A stretch of DNA of 35,593 nucleotides, taken from contig NC_068994.1 in assembly GCF_001194135.2 (NCBI RefSeq), forward strand, positions 26,314,309 through 26,349,901, in the 5' to 3' direction. This document shows positions 21,751 through 33,713 of this stretch, piece by piece (positions within the stretch are counted from its first letter, which is position 1; each line of letters starts with the position of its first letter). A model generated the notes under the pieces. The model saw only the letters and a program-made list of their open reading frames with translations, searched no databases and had not been told where the DNA came from. The DNA is from Octopus bimaculoides (Eukaryota). Made by a program: the position numbers and the translations under genes.

Positions 21751-22339
21751 TCGTGTACAGAGAACAATTGTTTAGTATGTAGGATGAATCCATAGATTAA
21801 TTGTAAGATTATGAATATAGTCTATAGCTTATGGTGTACTGAGTGACGGTGCAGAAACAAGACAACAGCTTACATTGCAGAGACAACACGCAGCGTAGGA
21901 AAGCGAATAGGCTAACACGCTGCTGAGATCTCAAAGAGGAGAAAGGCTTGTCAGTGCTCTATCAACATGCTCAAGCAGAACATAGAGGCTCGGTTAATAA
22001 CATAGAGGTTAAAGTATTATCAATGCATAGAACTAACACAACACTTAGATTACAGAAGCCACACATGTAGTAATAGACAGACCGAGCCTGAACAGAAAAC
22101 ACCCACCACCACGCAACACGATGACTAAAGACAGAAGGGAGAAAAAAAGAACAGGTATAAACAGTGTAATACACATGCAAAAGATAAACATGCCCATACC
22201 TATGATAAATATAAGAAATATAGATAAATAAGTAAACGGGAAAAGCTATAGGAAGGGCACGGATACAAACAACATAGTAAGCAAACCCATATACACATGG
22301 AAACACACTTACCGTAACTTCACAAACGGACGCAACAGC

Positions 22340-22885
22340 AGCAACAACACGACCAATAACAACAACAACAAATGACAACAGCAACAACTACGATAACAAC
22401 AATATAAAGGGCAAAAGGCCATATATGTACACACATAAGCACACATGCGAGACACATAGACAAACATACACACACGTACACACACGCATGCACGCACGCA
22501 CACACACACACACACACACACACATACAGGCGCAAACGCATTCGCATATAAGGATACACAATATAGAAGAACAGAATGGACTAAGCGGTGCAGGAGCATA
22601 CACGAGGACGGAAAGGTCACAGATGTGTGACGGCAGATTTCTGGACAATGAACATAAGTTAAAATAAGAACAGTAGTAAAGGAGTGAAGAACGAATATAT
22701 ATTGCGTGTTGTTATTTGGTGGGGGCGGGGGATTACCATCTCGAAATATAACAATATCTGTTTCAACACACGGTTTCACATCAGGAATCTTGCAACACAA
22801 ATTCATAAACACGTGTGTGCGTGTGTGTGTGAGTGTGTGTGTGTGTGTGTGTATGTGTTTGTGTGTGTGTATGCGTGTGTGTGTA
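22340..22885. repeat. (CAA)n, (CA)n and (TG)n low-complexity tracts
   Basis: Direct reading. Confidence 0.8.
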
Positions 22886-23277
22886 TCATCATCATCATCG
22901 TTTGACGCTTTCCATGCTGGCATGGGTTGGCCGGTTTGACAGGAGCTGACCAGGCAGGGTTTTTACGGCTGAATGCCCTTCCAACCGCTCTGCAGAATGG
23001 ACAGAGTGCTTTTTGCGTTCACAAGCACAGGCGAGGTCAGTTTTGCAAAGGTTTTTACCTTCCAAGCACCAACCATTTTACTATGTGGATTGAATGCTTT
23101 TTACGTGGCATCAGCACTGGGAGGGTCACCAAGTAACTTGCAAGGCAAAGATATTTTGAGAGGAGAGGGAACATCGGAGAAGGTGATCTTGTCAGACGAG
23201 GAAAGGTTAAAGTGAGACAGAAAGACAGAAACAGGTGCCTTGCTATCTTGCTATAGAAAAGTTACATGTTTACCCAG

Positions 23278-23324
<47 letters not shown>

Positions 23325-23417
23325 GGGGGAGAGAGAGAGAGAATGATCAGGAATGAGGACAGAAACAGATGTGCTGTTGTATAGGAGATACGTGGTTATC
23401 TACCCTGAGAGAAGAGC

Positions 23418-23480
<63 letters not shown>

Positions 23481-26400
23481 TGGGAGACAGCAAGAGTGCA
23501 GGAGAGAGATGGTGAAAGAGGGCCGGGCATACTCACAAGGGACAGAGATAAGAATATAAATCGAATAGTCGAGTGAAAGAAGAGAGAAAGAGATGGTGCC
23601 AAGTGCCAGGGAATACCCTTGAGGTACGAGCAGGACATTACCAAAGAAGAGTGGGTAGAGAGTGGAGAGGGGAATGTAGTGAATGGTGAAAACCTGGGTA
23701 TGTAGAGGGGTGGGGGGCTACTGGATAGCAATGATACAGTGAACAAAGCCATGCCGACAGGATTGGGGAGTGAGAGGTAAGCATAGTGCGTGAAAGAAGA
23801 AATGTGAGGAAGAGAAAAGATGTAGTTTGGTTGTTGGGGTAGGGTGTGTGAAAAGTTTCCTTGTTACATATGGGTGAAACAAGCATTTGTGGAACACACA
23901 GCGCTTCTATAACTCAGTTTCGCTAACGTAGGCGGGTCTTCTCAAGAACCTCTTATCGCCAAACATCTCGGTCGATTGTCATTTCCTCTGTGAGGTCCAG
24001 CATCCTGAGATCGGTCCTTACCACTTCATCTTATGTCTTCCTGGGTTTCTCTCTTCCGCGGGTACCATCCACTTTCACTGATCGGCACTTCTTTATGCAG
24101 CTGCTTTCAGTCATTCGCATCACATGTCCAAACCAACGTAGTCTTCTCTCTTGAATACTGCGTTTAATTCCTCTTGTGCCCAACATTTCTCTCAATGTAT
24201 TTGCACTTTGTCCTACATGCACACTGATGTTGCACATCCAACGGAGCACACTGCCTTCATTTCTCTCTAGTCTACGTATGTCTTCTGCATTCAGAGCCCG
24301 TGTTTCTCTATCATGGAGTATAGCTGTTCGTACACAAGCATTATACAATCTACCCTTCACTCTGAGAGAGAGTCCTTTTGTTTTTAGCGGAGGTAATAGC
24401 TCTCTGAACTTCCTCCATCTTATTCTTATTCTAGAAACAATACTTTCAGGGCGTCCTCTACCATTGCTAATTTGATCACTTAGGTCACAGAAACTATCTA
24501 CAACCTCAAGAGAGCCTCCTGGGCATTTGAGAGAGACTAAGTCCCGTGTGCTCTTAGTGCTTATTGTTTGACGACTTTATCTGTTAATCTACATGTGATT
24601 CCAATGCACCTCTATGATTCCACTGGATTCAGCGAACGGAATTACTTCCAACTCCTTTCCTACATATTGAGCAGGGCCATTTGCCTGACGGAAAGAGAGT
24701 CTTATCTTCTTTAGTTGTTGCTATGTTAACTTTGATTATGTTAACCCTTTGATTCGAGGTTTTGCTTCCATATTTGGAATTTTTTCTCCAATTCTACTTC
24801 AGATTCCACAATAAGAGCGAGGTCATCTATTTAAAGTAGTTCTCATGGGCATCCATTTTTTAATTCCTCTGTTATGGCCTGGAGGACTATAATGAATAAG
24901 AGAGGGCGGGGAAATGAACCTTGGTGAACTCCTACTTGTACGCTAAATTCATCACTGTATTTGTGGCCGATTTTCACCTTACTGACACCACCACTGTACA
25001 CAGCTTGTACAGCTCTAACAAGCCCTCCTCTACTTCTAACTTTCTTAGAGACCATCAGATAACAGATCGGGTGACTACGTCGAAAGCTTTCTCCAAGTCG
25101 ACAAAAGTTAACTACAATGGCTTACCAAATACTTTCCTGCAACTCTCTCACTAGGAAGATGGCATCTGTGACTCTTCCCAGGTACAAAACTAAACTGCAT
25201 CTCATCTAGTTTAATTCCATTCCTAATCAATTAAGTTATAACCCTCTCAGTAACGTTGATGACCTAGTCTAGCAGTTTGATACCTCTGTAGTTGTTTCTA
25301 TCTAAGGCACCACCTTTAACCTTGTAGCAACTAACTAGTACTCCTACACCAGTCATTGCAGATGGCGCCTTCCTGAATAACCTGATTAACTATGCGAATG
25401 ACTACACCACCAGATATTTTAACCATCCCACACCACCGGATATTTTAATCATCTTTGTCCAGGGGCTTTCCCCGTCTTCATATTCTTAATTGCCTTATCT
25501 GTTATGCTGCTATCAACTTTGATGGCTGGTCCCTCAATTGGTTCAATATTTGAAAGACGCCTCCAATTCATTTTTCCACATCTAGTAATCTTTCATAGTG
25601 ACACTTCCATGCATCTTCCTTCTCTGAGTCACTAAGTGCAAGCATACCATTATCCATTCACACACATACTTCACCCACCACATCTCTATTCTCTCTGATA
25701 CACTGCTTTACAATCCTGAACACCTCACGCTGTAGAACATTTGCAAATCTCTTACCTTTTGCTATTCCTTTAGCTATGTAAACCTGACGCTTAGCTGCCC
25801 TCTGGTTACCTGATATAATTCTCTGCTTCCACTGTTTTCCCAGTATCCCCAGGCCTATCTCTTTGCTTGTATAGCACTGTCTACCTCGTCTGTCTCGTTG
25901 CCTGGTGAGGAGGTAGTCAATCTGGCTTATGTGCCCACCAGACTGATGGCTGGCTAGTTTTCTGAAGTTAGTGTTGCAGATCGTGAGGTCATTTGCATCA
26001 CAGAACTCCTACAGTCTTGTTCCCTCCTCATTTCTAGGGCCAAAGCCATATCCACCATTCACTCCATAGAATCCATGGGAGGTTCTGTCCAACATGTCCA
26101 TAGAAGTCACCAGCCACAATAATAAAGTCTCTGTCATTTGTTGTTGAGGTAGTCTACAAAAGGACCTCGAAGAATTGATCCTTCTGCTCACCAGCCAGCA
26201 CAGACTAAGGAGCATAGGCAGAGATATATGTAACTGTTAATTTATCTATGAGAAGTCTCAGCTTAAGTACCCTATCACATACGCTAACAATCCCAATTAC
26301 CTTATCTACCAACTTTTCTGCTAACATTTCTGCCTACATCATTCACTCCATCACTCCTGCCTACCCAGAAGAATTTGAATCTTTGTGTCTTACCCGTGAG

Positions 26401-26576
26401 GCTCCACTCTATCTTACTTATTGCACACGACACACATAGCATCGCTTCAACATTTCAATAATCTCACCACACCTTCCTTTCATTGTGCCAACGTTGATGG
26501 TAGCGGCCTTGAGATTGTGTTCTAGGGGAGTGACGGTGGGAAGGCAGTTGTGGAATTTTACATTCCCGCCGTCACT
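22885..26576 (-). mobile_element. Near full-length decayed RTE-clade LINE (APE endonuclease, RT, ~1-kb 3' UTR, (ATG)n tail)
   Basis: APE start LKAATINVGTMKGRCGEIIEML (26418-26520); GFYGVNGGYGFGPRNEEGTRL (26009-26080); RT LVRAVQAVY...FSVQVGVHQGS...PLLFIIVLQAI (24843-25055); C-terminus MKGRLYNACVRTAILH...IQERRLRWFGHVMRM...GREKPRKT (24031-24360). The UTR contains (GA)n tracts and ends at catcatcatcatc (22885). Confidence 0.92.
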
Positions 26577-26606
26577 GTATGTATATATGTAGGTATGCAT
26601 GCATGC

Positions 26607-26638
<32 letters not shown>

Positions 26639-28099
26639 NNNNNNNNNNNNNNNNNNNNNNNNNNNNNNNNNNNNNNNNNNNNNNNNNNNNNNNNNNNNNN
26701 NNNNNNNNNNNNNNNNNNNNNNNNNNNNNNNNNNNNNNNNNNNNNNNNNNNNNNNNNNNNNNNNNNNNNNNNNNNNNNNNNNNNNNNNNNNNNNNNNNNN
26801 NNNNNNNNNNNNNNNNNNNNNNNNNNNNNNNNNNNNNNNNNNNNNNNNNNNNNNNNNNNNNNNNNNNNNNNNNNNNNNNNNNNNNNNNNNNNNNNNNNNN
26901 NNNNNNNNNNNNNNNNNNNNNNNNNNNNNNNNNNNNNNNNNNNNNNNNNNNNNNNNNNNNNNNNNNNNNNNNNNNNNNNNNNNNNNNNNNNNNNNNNNNN
27001 NNNNNNNNNNNNNNNNNNNNNNNNNNNNNNNNNNNNNNNNNNNNNNNNNNNNNNNNNNNNNNNNNNNNNNNNNNNNNNNNNNNNNNNNNNNNNNNNNNNN
27101 NNNNNNNNNNNNNNNNNNNNNNNNNNNNNNNNNNNNNNNNNNNNNNNNNNNNNNNNNNNNNNNNNNNNNNNNNNNNNNNNNNNNNNNNNNNNNNNNNNNN
27201 NNNNNNNNNNNNNNNNNNNNNNNNNNNNNNNNNNNNNNNNNNNNNNNNNNNNNNNNNNNNNNNNNNNNNNNNNNNNNNNNNNNNNNNNNNNNNNNNNNNN
27301 NNNNNNNNNNNNNNNNNNNNNNNNNNNNNNNNNNNNNNNNNNNNNNNNNNNNNNNNNNNNNNNNNNNNNNNNNNNNNNNNNNNNNNNNNNNNNNNNNNNN
27401 NNNNNNNNNNNNNNNNNNNNNNNNNNNNNNNNNNNNNNNNNNNNNNNNNNNNNNNNNNNNNNNNNNNNNNNNNNNNNNNNNNNNNNNNNNNNNNNNNNNN
27501 NNNNNNNNNNNNNNNNNNNNNNNNNNNNNNNNNNNNNNNNNNNNNNNNNNNNNNNNNNNNNNNNNNNNNNNNNNNNNNCCCAGTCCCACTATACGCACAA
27601 CATCGTTTTACGCGGATGAAGATCTTGTTTCACGCACGGTGTCGCTTGTTTACCGGGGCTAAGCCATTCCTTACGCTGCTTCATATTGATGTACAGGCAC
27701 CATTTTTCGTTAATTGTTTCAGAATCGTTTGTTTATGTAGTCGGCACTTAATGTATATCGGCTGAATGGACGTCAGTGATTGGTTGAAATTACAGAAATA
27801 CGACAACTTTAACATGGAATAACTTATGGATTTCTTTTTTTTTAAAGAAGACTAAGAGAAAAAGATGTTTTATATGACACATTCTACCAGTGTTCCAAGT
27901 TTCAAAGTGTTTCGTTAATGAAAAATGTGGCCCCCGTTTTAAAAAAGATCCGAAATCATTGCTAGTGTCCATGAGTTGAGCAGTGACGAGCAAGCAAACC
28001 AACAGAGATTGTGGCTCGTTGGTTTTTGTTGTTGTCACTTAAGCATGCGGAACCCATGCTCCATACTTCTGAACCTTTCCCATCGAGTGAAGATGCTTT

Positions 28100-28330
28100 G
28101 AGGTCAAAATTTGAGGTCAAAATTTCCATTTTTGAACTTGGCATACCAATCACGAGCGGTTCTTTCAGCTATGGCACCCTCTCCATACACAGCACAAATG
28201 TCGCGAGCAGCTTTTATGACCTTAGAACCCTGATTAAGAGCAAAAAGGAGGTGTCAAAAATGCTCGTTTTTCTTAACGTGACATTCCATTTTAATGATCA
28301 GAAAATAAACAAAAATTAACTAAAATTAAC
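28100..28330 (-). mobile_element. Mariner transposase N-terminal fragment (Mos1-like HTH)
   Basis: From ATG at 28289: MECHVKKNEHF*HLLFALNQGSKVIKAARDICAVYGEGAIAERTARDWYAKFKNGNFDLK; truncated at a 13-nt tandem duplication (~28098-28123). Confidence 0.88.
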
Positions 28331-28369
28331 TAGGAAAAAAAAACAAAGAACAAAATAGATTCCAACATG

Positions 28370-28980
28370 ATTCAAAAATAGAATGTCTCTTGCTTATAAT
28401 GATGGTGTGTGTTTGGAGGATTAAGTTCATTCTGTGGTCCTTTTTTAGTAGGGGAATGTTTTGAAGGATGGTGTTGAAGGCTTCGTTGTTAAGAGGGTTG
28501 TGTGTAGAGATGTATGGTAGGGCTTTTGGTTGTAAATCCTTCTTTAATTTGGGATGTCTGAGTTTGTGAATCTTGAGTTGTAGGGCACGTTGAAAGCATA
28601 TGTCAATTAGTGAAGGTGGATAGTTCCTGGTGATGAGTGTATCCTTTAGTTCATGTAGTCGTGTGTCCCTAGTGCTTGCATTAGAAACTATAGTACAGAT
28701 CCTTTTTGTTAGGTTGAAGGGGACATTCATTCTGGTGTGTCTGGGGTGGCATGAGATGAACGGTAGATATTGCTTGGAGTTCGTGGGCTTATGGTATATA
28801 TCTGTTTCTATTACGTTGTTAGATTTCTTCATGAGGATGTCGAGGAAGGGATGTTGTTCATGGCTATATTCCATCGAGAATGTTTACGTCAAGTCCATTT
28901 ATAAGTGCTTGAAACTCTTTAAGTCTCTCTATACTTTCATGCCAAAGAAGTGCAGTTGTCGTAATGGACAAGGTATACTA
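28370..28980 (-). mobile_element. Penelope-like element RT C-terminal fragment
   Basis: ORF 28326-28874: PFLDILMKKSNNVIETDIYHKPTNSKQYLPFISCHPRH...VPFNLTKRICTIVS...LHELKDTLITRNYP. Upstream frameshifted YDNC..LWHES..LKEFQALINGLDVNI corresponds to the YxDD region. Confidence 0.9.
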
Positions 28981-29199
28981 TATAACTCTAGTACTATCCA
29001 TATTAGAAGACACAACATATCATGAAAAGGCCTAACACTACAGTCAGCAGAAAATAATGAGAACGTTTCACAGTGAAAAACAGCTTCATATGTGCTTAGG
29101 AGAACCTGATATACGCACTAACCTGCTCTGGGTGTCAAGATCAATACATGAGTCAAACAAAAAACAGTCTACGTCACAAGAAAGGTGAAATTATATAAA

Positions 29200-30205
29200 A
29201 TGAAGGTGAAATGGCCACTCGAGCCCCACTCTCGGGTAGTTACATTTAACTGTTTTTGTTTTCAATTTTTTGTCAAATTTTCATCAATTAAAATTTTACT
29301 TACTGTATTTACTAGTTCAGGTACTGTATTATGTTTTTGTAATCTACGACTGGAGGTAGGGTATCGTATTCTATCCGCCTCTCCTAATTGGTCAATGAGT
29401 GAACCAAATGTTTCTTAATTTTGTGTATTTTTCTCTGTCGATTAATATGCATTTGGTGTATTCCGGTTTCATCTCAACCGGCAATCTCACTCTGATTACC
29501 GACTTAATCTTGGTAATTATGTGTTCGATTGCTGTGCTTTTGGTGTATGTCATAATGTGAGCCTTCTGTTTTCGGGGGGATTTTGTGGGTCTATTTCCGG
29601 CGGCACCCTACCAACCCTGATTCTCGCGACTCTTTGCCGCAGTAGGTTGGCAGGAGCACCCATTCCTGTGATCTCAAAGGTACAGTGGAGTGATTGATTG
29701 CCTCCGCTTCCGTGGAAAACCTCACCCCCACTGTGCCGTACTTTCTTCCTCTGGTGTTTACACTTTTTGGTGGTTACAGTTTTCACATTTTCTAGGCATT
29801 TTTCAATAGCCTCCTCCCTCACTGTCTCAGTTTTCTTGCTGGATAAGGATACCGTTCTGTAGCACACTGCCTTTCTCCTGGTACTATTGGTCACCGCCTC
29901 TGGAGGGGTCAGTCGCAGGCTTTACCCTCCTTCTGAAGCAGCTCCGTGTGACTTCCAATCTTCTTGAGGTCTATTACTACCTCTCGCACTTCCAATGTGT
30001 TTGTAGCGTTTTTCGTGCGACTACCTGCCGCCGACGCATAACTCCCGACGTGTTCTGGCGAACATTCCATTTCAATAGTCTTTACCTCCAACTGGGAAAA
30101 AGAATGTTAATCAAAAGACAAGCCCGCAGGCGAAACCGCAACAACGACAGAACTCTCGGGCTTACTCTACTCTATTTCTTTATTGGGCATTACGGCCCGA
30201 ACACA
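29200..30205 (-). mobile_element. Decayed ORF1/gag-like element, homologue of 32300-33925
   Basis: Pieces SYASAAG...LEVREVVIDLKKI, EAIEKCLENVKTVTT and RVARIRVGRVPPEID align with the 354-aa ORF. It shares an identical 21-nt 5' motif (30152-30172) with 33858-33878. Confidence 0.75.
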
Positions 30206-31213
30206 GAAGGGACACTACAAGGACAGACACAACACCACAATGGGGATATAAAACATAAAACGAATGATGAAATACGGAATGAATATCTATACTATAAAAG
30301 GCAAATCTACTCTGTGTGTGTATGTTTAAAATTCATACATTTACACAATTCAAAATTTCTTCGATTAAACAATCGCAATTAATATTCTAAATACAATTTG
30401 TTAGGTAACTGCGTCATTTTTTCACTCCAAAAATTTCGTAATAATGAATAAAATCCATAAAACTACAGCAGTAAACATTTTCTCCCTAATAAAATCTAAT
30501 TTCCTCTTTCTAATACAAATCCTTTCAACTCCTACTTCCTCTTACGAACCTTTACGAAAACTTCAACAACAAATACAAAAAGAAAGGAAGGAGAAAAAAA
30601 AAACTATTTCAGTATCAAATCACATTTCGATACTGTAATGACAGACAAACGAAAGAAAGGGAGAGTCAAATAAACAGACACACTGACAATCATATGNNNN
30701 NNNNNNNNNNNNNNNNNNNNNNNNNNNNNNNNNNNNNNNNNNNNNNNNNNNNNNNNNNNNNNNNNNNNNNNNNNNNNNNNNNNNNNNNNNNNNNNNNNNN
30801 NNNNNNNNNNNNNNNNNNNNNNNNNNNNNNNNNNNNNNNNNNNNNNNNNNNNNNNNNNNNNNNNNNNNNNNNNNNNNNNNNNNNNNNNNNNNNNNNNNNN
30901 NNNNNNNNNNNNNNNNNNNNNNNNNNNNNNNNNNNNNNNNNNNNNNNNNNNNNNNNNNNNNNNNNNNNNNNNNNNNNNNNNNNNNNNNNNNNNNNNNNNN
31001 NNNNNNNNNNNNNNNNNNNNNNNNNNNNNNNNNNNNNNNNNNNNNNNNNNNNNNNNNNNNNNNNNNNNNNNNNNNNNNNNNNNNNNNNNNNNNNNNNNNN
31101 NNNNNNNNNNNNNNNNNNNNNNNNNNNNNNNNNNNNNNNNNNNNNNNNNNNNNNNNNNNNNNNNNNNNNNNNNNNNNNNNNNNNNNNNNNNNNNNNNNNN
31201 NNNNNNNNNNNNN

Positions 31214-31268
31214 TTTTTTAGACCCCGAAAGGATGAAAGGCAAAGTCAACTTCGGCGGAATTTGAACT
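31214..31268 (-). mobile_element. SINE fragment
   Basis: gaccccgaaaggatgaaaggcaaagtcaacttcggcggaatttgaactc; the reverse complement has the B-box-like GAGTTCAAATTCCGCC. Confidence 0.65.
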
Positions 31269-31476
31269 CACACACTCATACATACAAATATCTGTCATTC
31301 TCTTCCAAATACGATCGACAGTCAAACATTTATTCCTTACAAACTGAATTTTTTTAATATCATTCTTAAAACGCATTTACTTACTACCATATATAGACAC
31401 AGAATACACATTAATACACACATACATACAAATACCTGTCATTTTTTTTATTTAGTGTGTGTGTGTGTGTTGCCCA

Positions 31477-32288
31477 TCTTAATATATAATGCTGAAGTTC
31501 TGTACTTAGTAACATTTTTTATTTAGTGTGTATGTGTGTGTGTGTTGCCCATATGTATATACACGTAAGACTTAGTTGTGGGTTGGGAGTTTGATCTGCA
31601 GAGGTCATTATTATTATTATTCAGATTAACACCCGCACGATTTTCACTAGGGTGTTAGGGTTACGGTTTTTGGGTCAGGGTTACGGTTTTAGGGTTACGA
31701 TGAGGGTTAGTCTTACGGTTACGGTTTTAGGGTTAGGGTTATGTAATCGTGCGGGTGTTAATCTGAAAAATCACCGAAATGTGAAAACTACTGACCCTCC
31801 CATCTGTTATAACTTTTGTTGTTCTGTTTAATATATACATAGATTATGCCTCCAAACAAGAGAGCTTGCTGGGGAAAGAAAGCAACCGGTTTAAAAAGAC
31901 AGCAACAGACTGCAGCAATTCACCACATTCCNNNNNNNNNNGTGTAGCAACAGATCGCCAGCAATTGCTTCATCAGAAATTGCCGTCCTGCCTCCTACGA
32001 AAAGGAATTACCCTGCTATGTATAATCAAGGCAGCGCAAAAAGTTGCTTTGCACAAGCATTTGTATAGCCAATTAGACGGATGAAATTTACGTACACTTA
32101 ATAACGTTACACAAAACAGCCTTCAGACTTTCCATATTAATTTCATCGTCTTTTGAATTATGAACATATTTACATCATAAGTGTTTTTTCATTGTAAGGC
32201 TTTCTTTTATAGATAATTTTCACCTAGCAAGACTTATCGTAGATGACGTAATAACTCACACCCGGACAACGTCGGGTTATACTGCTAG
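31477..32288 (+). mobile_element. Non-autonomous Helitron
   Basis: 5' A|TCTTAATATATAATGCTGAAG at 31477; 3' hairpin acccg-gacaacgt-cgggt (32260-32277) followed by CTAG|T (32285-32288). This fits the TC...CTRR ends and A/T insertion site of Helitrons. Confidence 0.7.
31620..31767. mobile_element. 148-bp MITE-like element with perfect 23-bp TIRs and telomere-like interior
   Basis: ttcagattaacacccgcacgatt (31620-31642) pairs with aatcgtgcgggtgttaatctgaa (31745-31767). The interior is TTAGGG and variants (TTACGG, TTTTAGGG, TCAGGG). Confidence 0.85.
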
Positions 32289-32648
32289 TAAACAATAAAA
32301 GGATGTAATGGCTTACGAGCCCGCCCCAAAGCTCGCAGTTCCATTTTACTGTTCTCATTATACTTATCAATTATCAGTCTTTTTTATCTGTTATATATTC
32401 CATAAGGTTTTCTAGCTCCATCACACTGGGTAAATTTTCATATTGAATATATATCCCGGTAGTTTTAATTCTGGTTCCAAATAACTCCATCAGTCTTTCC
32501 CTTCTCTTTTCCTCCAATAAAACCGTTCTTTCGTCGGGTTCGAACATCTCATCATTCAGTTTGACTCGTATAAATTTTTCATATTTGCTAGTTTTTTCTT
32601 TTTTATCTCTACATTCTTACTGTATCTTAACATTGTTCTTCTATTTCG

Positions 32649-33713
32649 TCAAGCAATTTGTCCTGTTTGTGCTACATATTCCTCTCTCCTCCTCACTCTC
32701 TCCCTCCACTCATCATACTTCTCTCTCGCTCTTTGCTTTTCAGTTTTCTTCTTCCTGCTTGCAGTTAGCTCTGGTTCCTGCGTTCGAATCTCCATATTCT
32801 CTTTTTCCACAGTATCTTGTTTCTTTGTCTCCGCTTTTCTTTTCTTGGGACTCTTTGGCGGAGACTCAACTCTCGTTCTTTTCCTATCTGTCGCAGCCTC
32901 CTCCTTTTCCTTCTCCGCTTCTACCACCACTGCTTCTACTTCGTCCATCTGCCTTTGTTTCTGGGGACACCCTGCTTGCATGTGTCCTCTTTCTCTGTAG
33001 TTATAGCATATTGGCGGTCTCCCCTCCACCACGACTCTCAGTCGGGTCTCATCGGGGAGCACCAACTCTTCCGCAATGTTGTGTAGATTTAGTAAGGTTA
33101 TATGGGTTAGAATTTCTAACCCAAAACCCCACCAGTTGATCTCTTCTGACTTCTCCACTTTCACAATTTCCACCTCCTCTTTGCAATTAAAAATTACTGC
33201 TGCTACTAACCATTCTTCATCTATCTCGGTGGGTATTCTTCCTATGCTTATGCTTGCCGCTCTTCTGCCGCAGTAGACAGGCAAAAGTGCCCACTTATCT
33301 GTTCTCAGGGGTACAGTGGAGTACCTCTTCGCCTCTTTTTCCCTCTTAAACTGCACCACCACTGTACCATATTTCTTGCCCTTCGCGTGAAATGTTGTTA
33401 CGTCCTTAATTTCGTTTAGACATTCTTCCATTTCGTCCACCTCTGCTACCTCAATCCTCTTTGTAGCCACATTTAATGTCTTACAAATAATTATTTTATT
33501 TTCAACTCTTTCCGCAGCTTCCTTTGGTGGAGTAACCCGTAGGCAGTCTTCTTCCTTCTTAATAAATTCAAAGTACTTCTTTAATTTTTTCTTTTCTATT
33601 TTAATTTCCTTTAGCTGCATTGCGTCGGCTGCCTGGCTTTTTCCCGCCGCCGCATAACTAGCAGTCTGCATACCCAACACTGCATATAAAAACAATTCAC
33701 GAATGTTCAACAA
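32649..33713 (-). CDS. 354-aa retroelement ORF1/gag-like nucleic-acid-binding protein with decayed CCHC zinc knuckle
   Basis: Uninterrupted ORF; RVVVEGRPPICYNYRERGHMQAGCP is CX2CX4HX4C with the second Cys changed to Tyr; basic and acidic C-terminal tail; homologue at 29550-30091. The start codon is uncertain. Confidence 0.65.
   Translation of the reverse strand: MLNIRELFLYAVLGMQTASYAAAGKSQAADAMQLKEIKIEKKKLKKYFEFIKKEEDCLRVTPPKEAAERVENKIIICKTLNVATKRIEVAEVDEMEECLNEIKDVTTFHAKGKKYGTVVVQFKREKEAKRYSTVPLRTDKWALLPVYCGRRAASISIGRIPTEIDEEWLVAAVIFNCKEEVEIVKVEKSEEINWWGFGLEILTHITLLNLHNIAEELVLPDETRLRVVVEGRPPICYNYRERGHMQAGCPQKQRQMDEVEAVVVEAEKEKEEAATDRKRTRVESPPKSPKKRKAETKKQDTVEKENMEIRTQEPELTASRKKKTEKQRAREKYDEWRERVRRREEYVAQTGQIA

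Noticed and set aside
29060-29110. Minus-strand atatgaagctg...gtGAAACg next to the Penelope fragment as a hammerhead
   Set aside because: Core and triplet are too degraded to call.
7626-31249. Long ORFs spanning N runs or microsatellites (e.g. 7626-8363, 9693-10404, 10440-11941, 14152-14693, 20272-20841, 26550-27765, 30620-31249)
   Set aside because: They are open only because N runs or TA/CA/GA/GGT repeats contain no stops.
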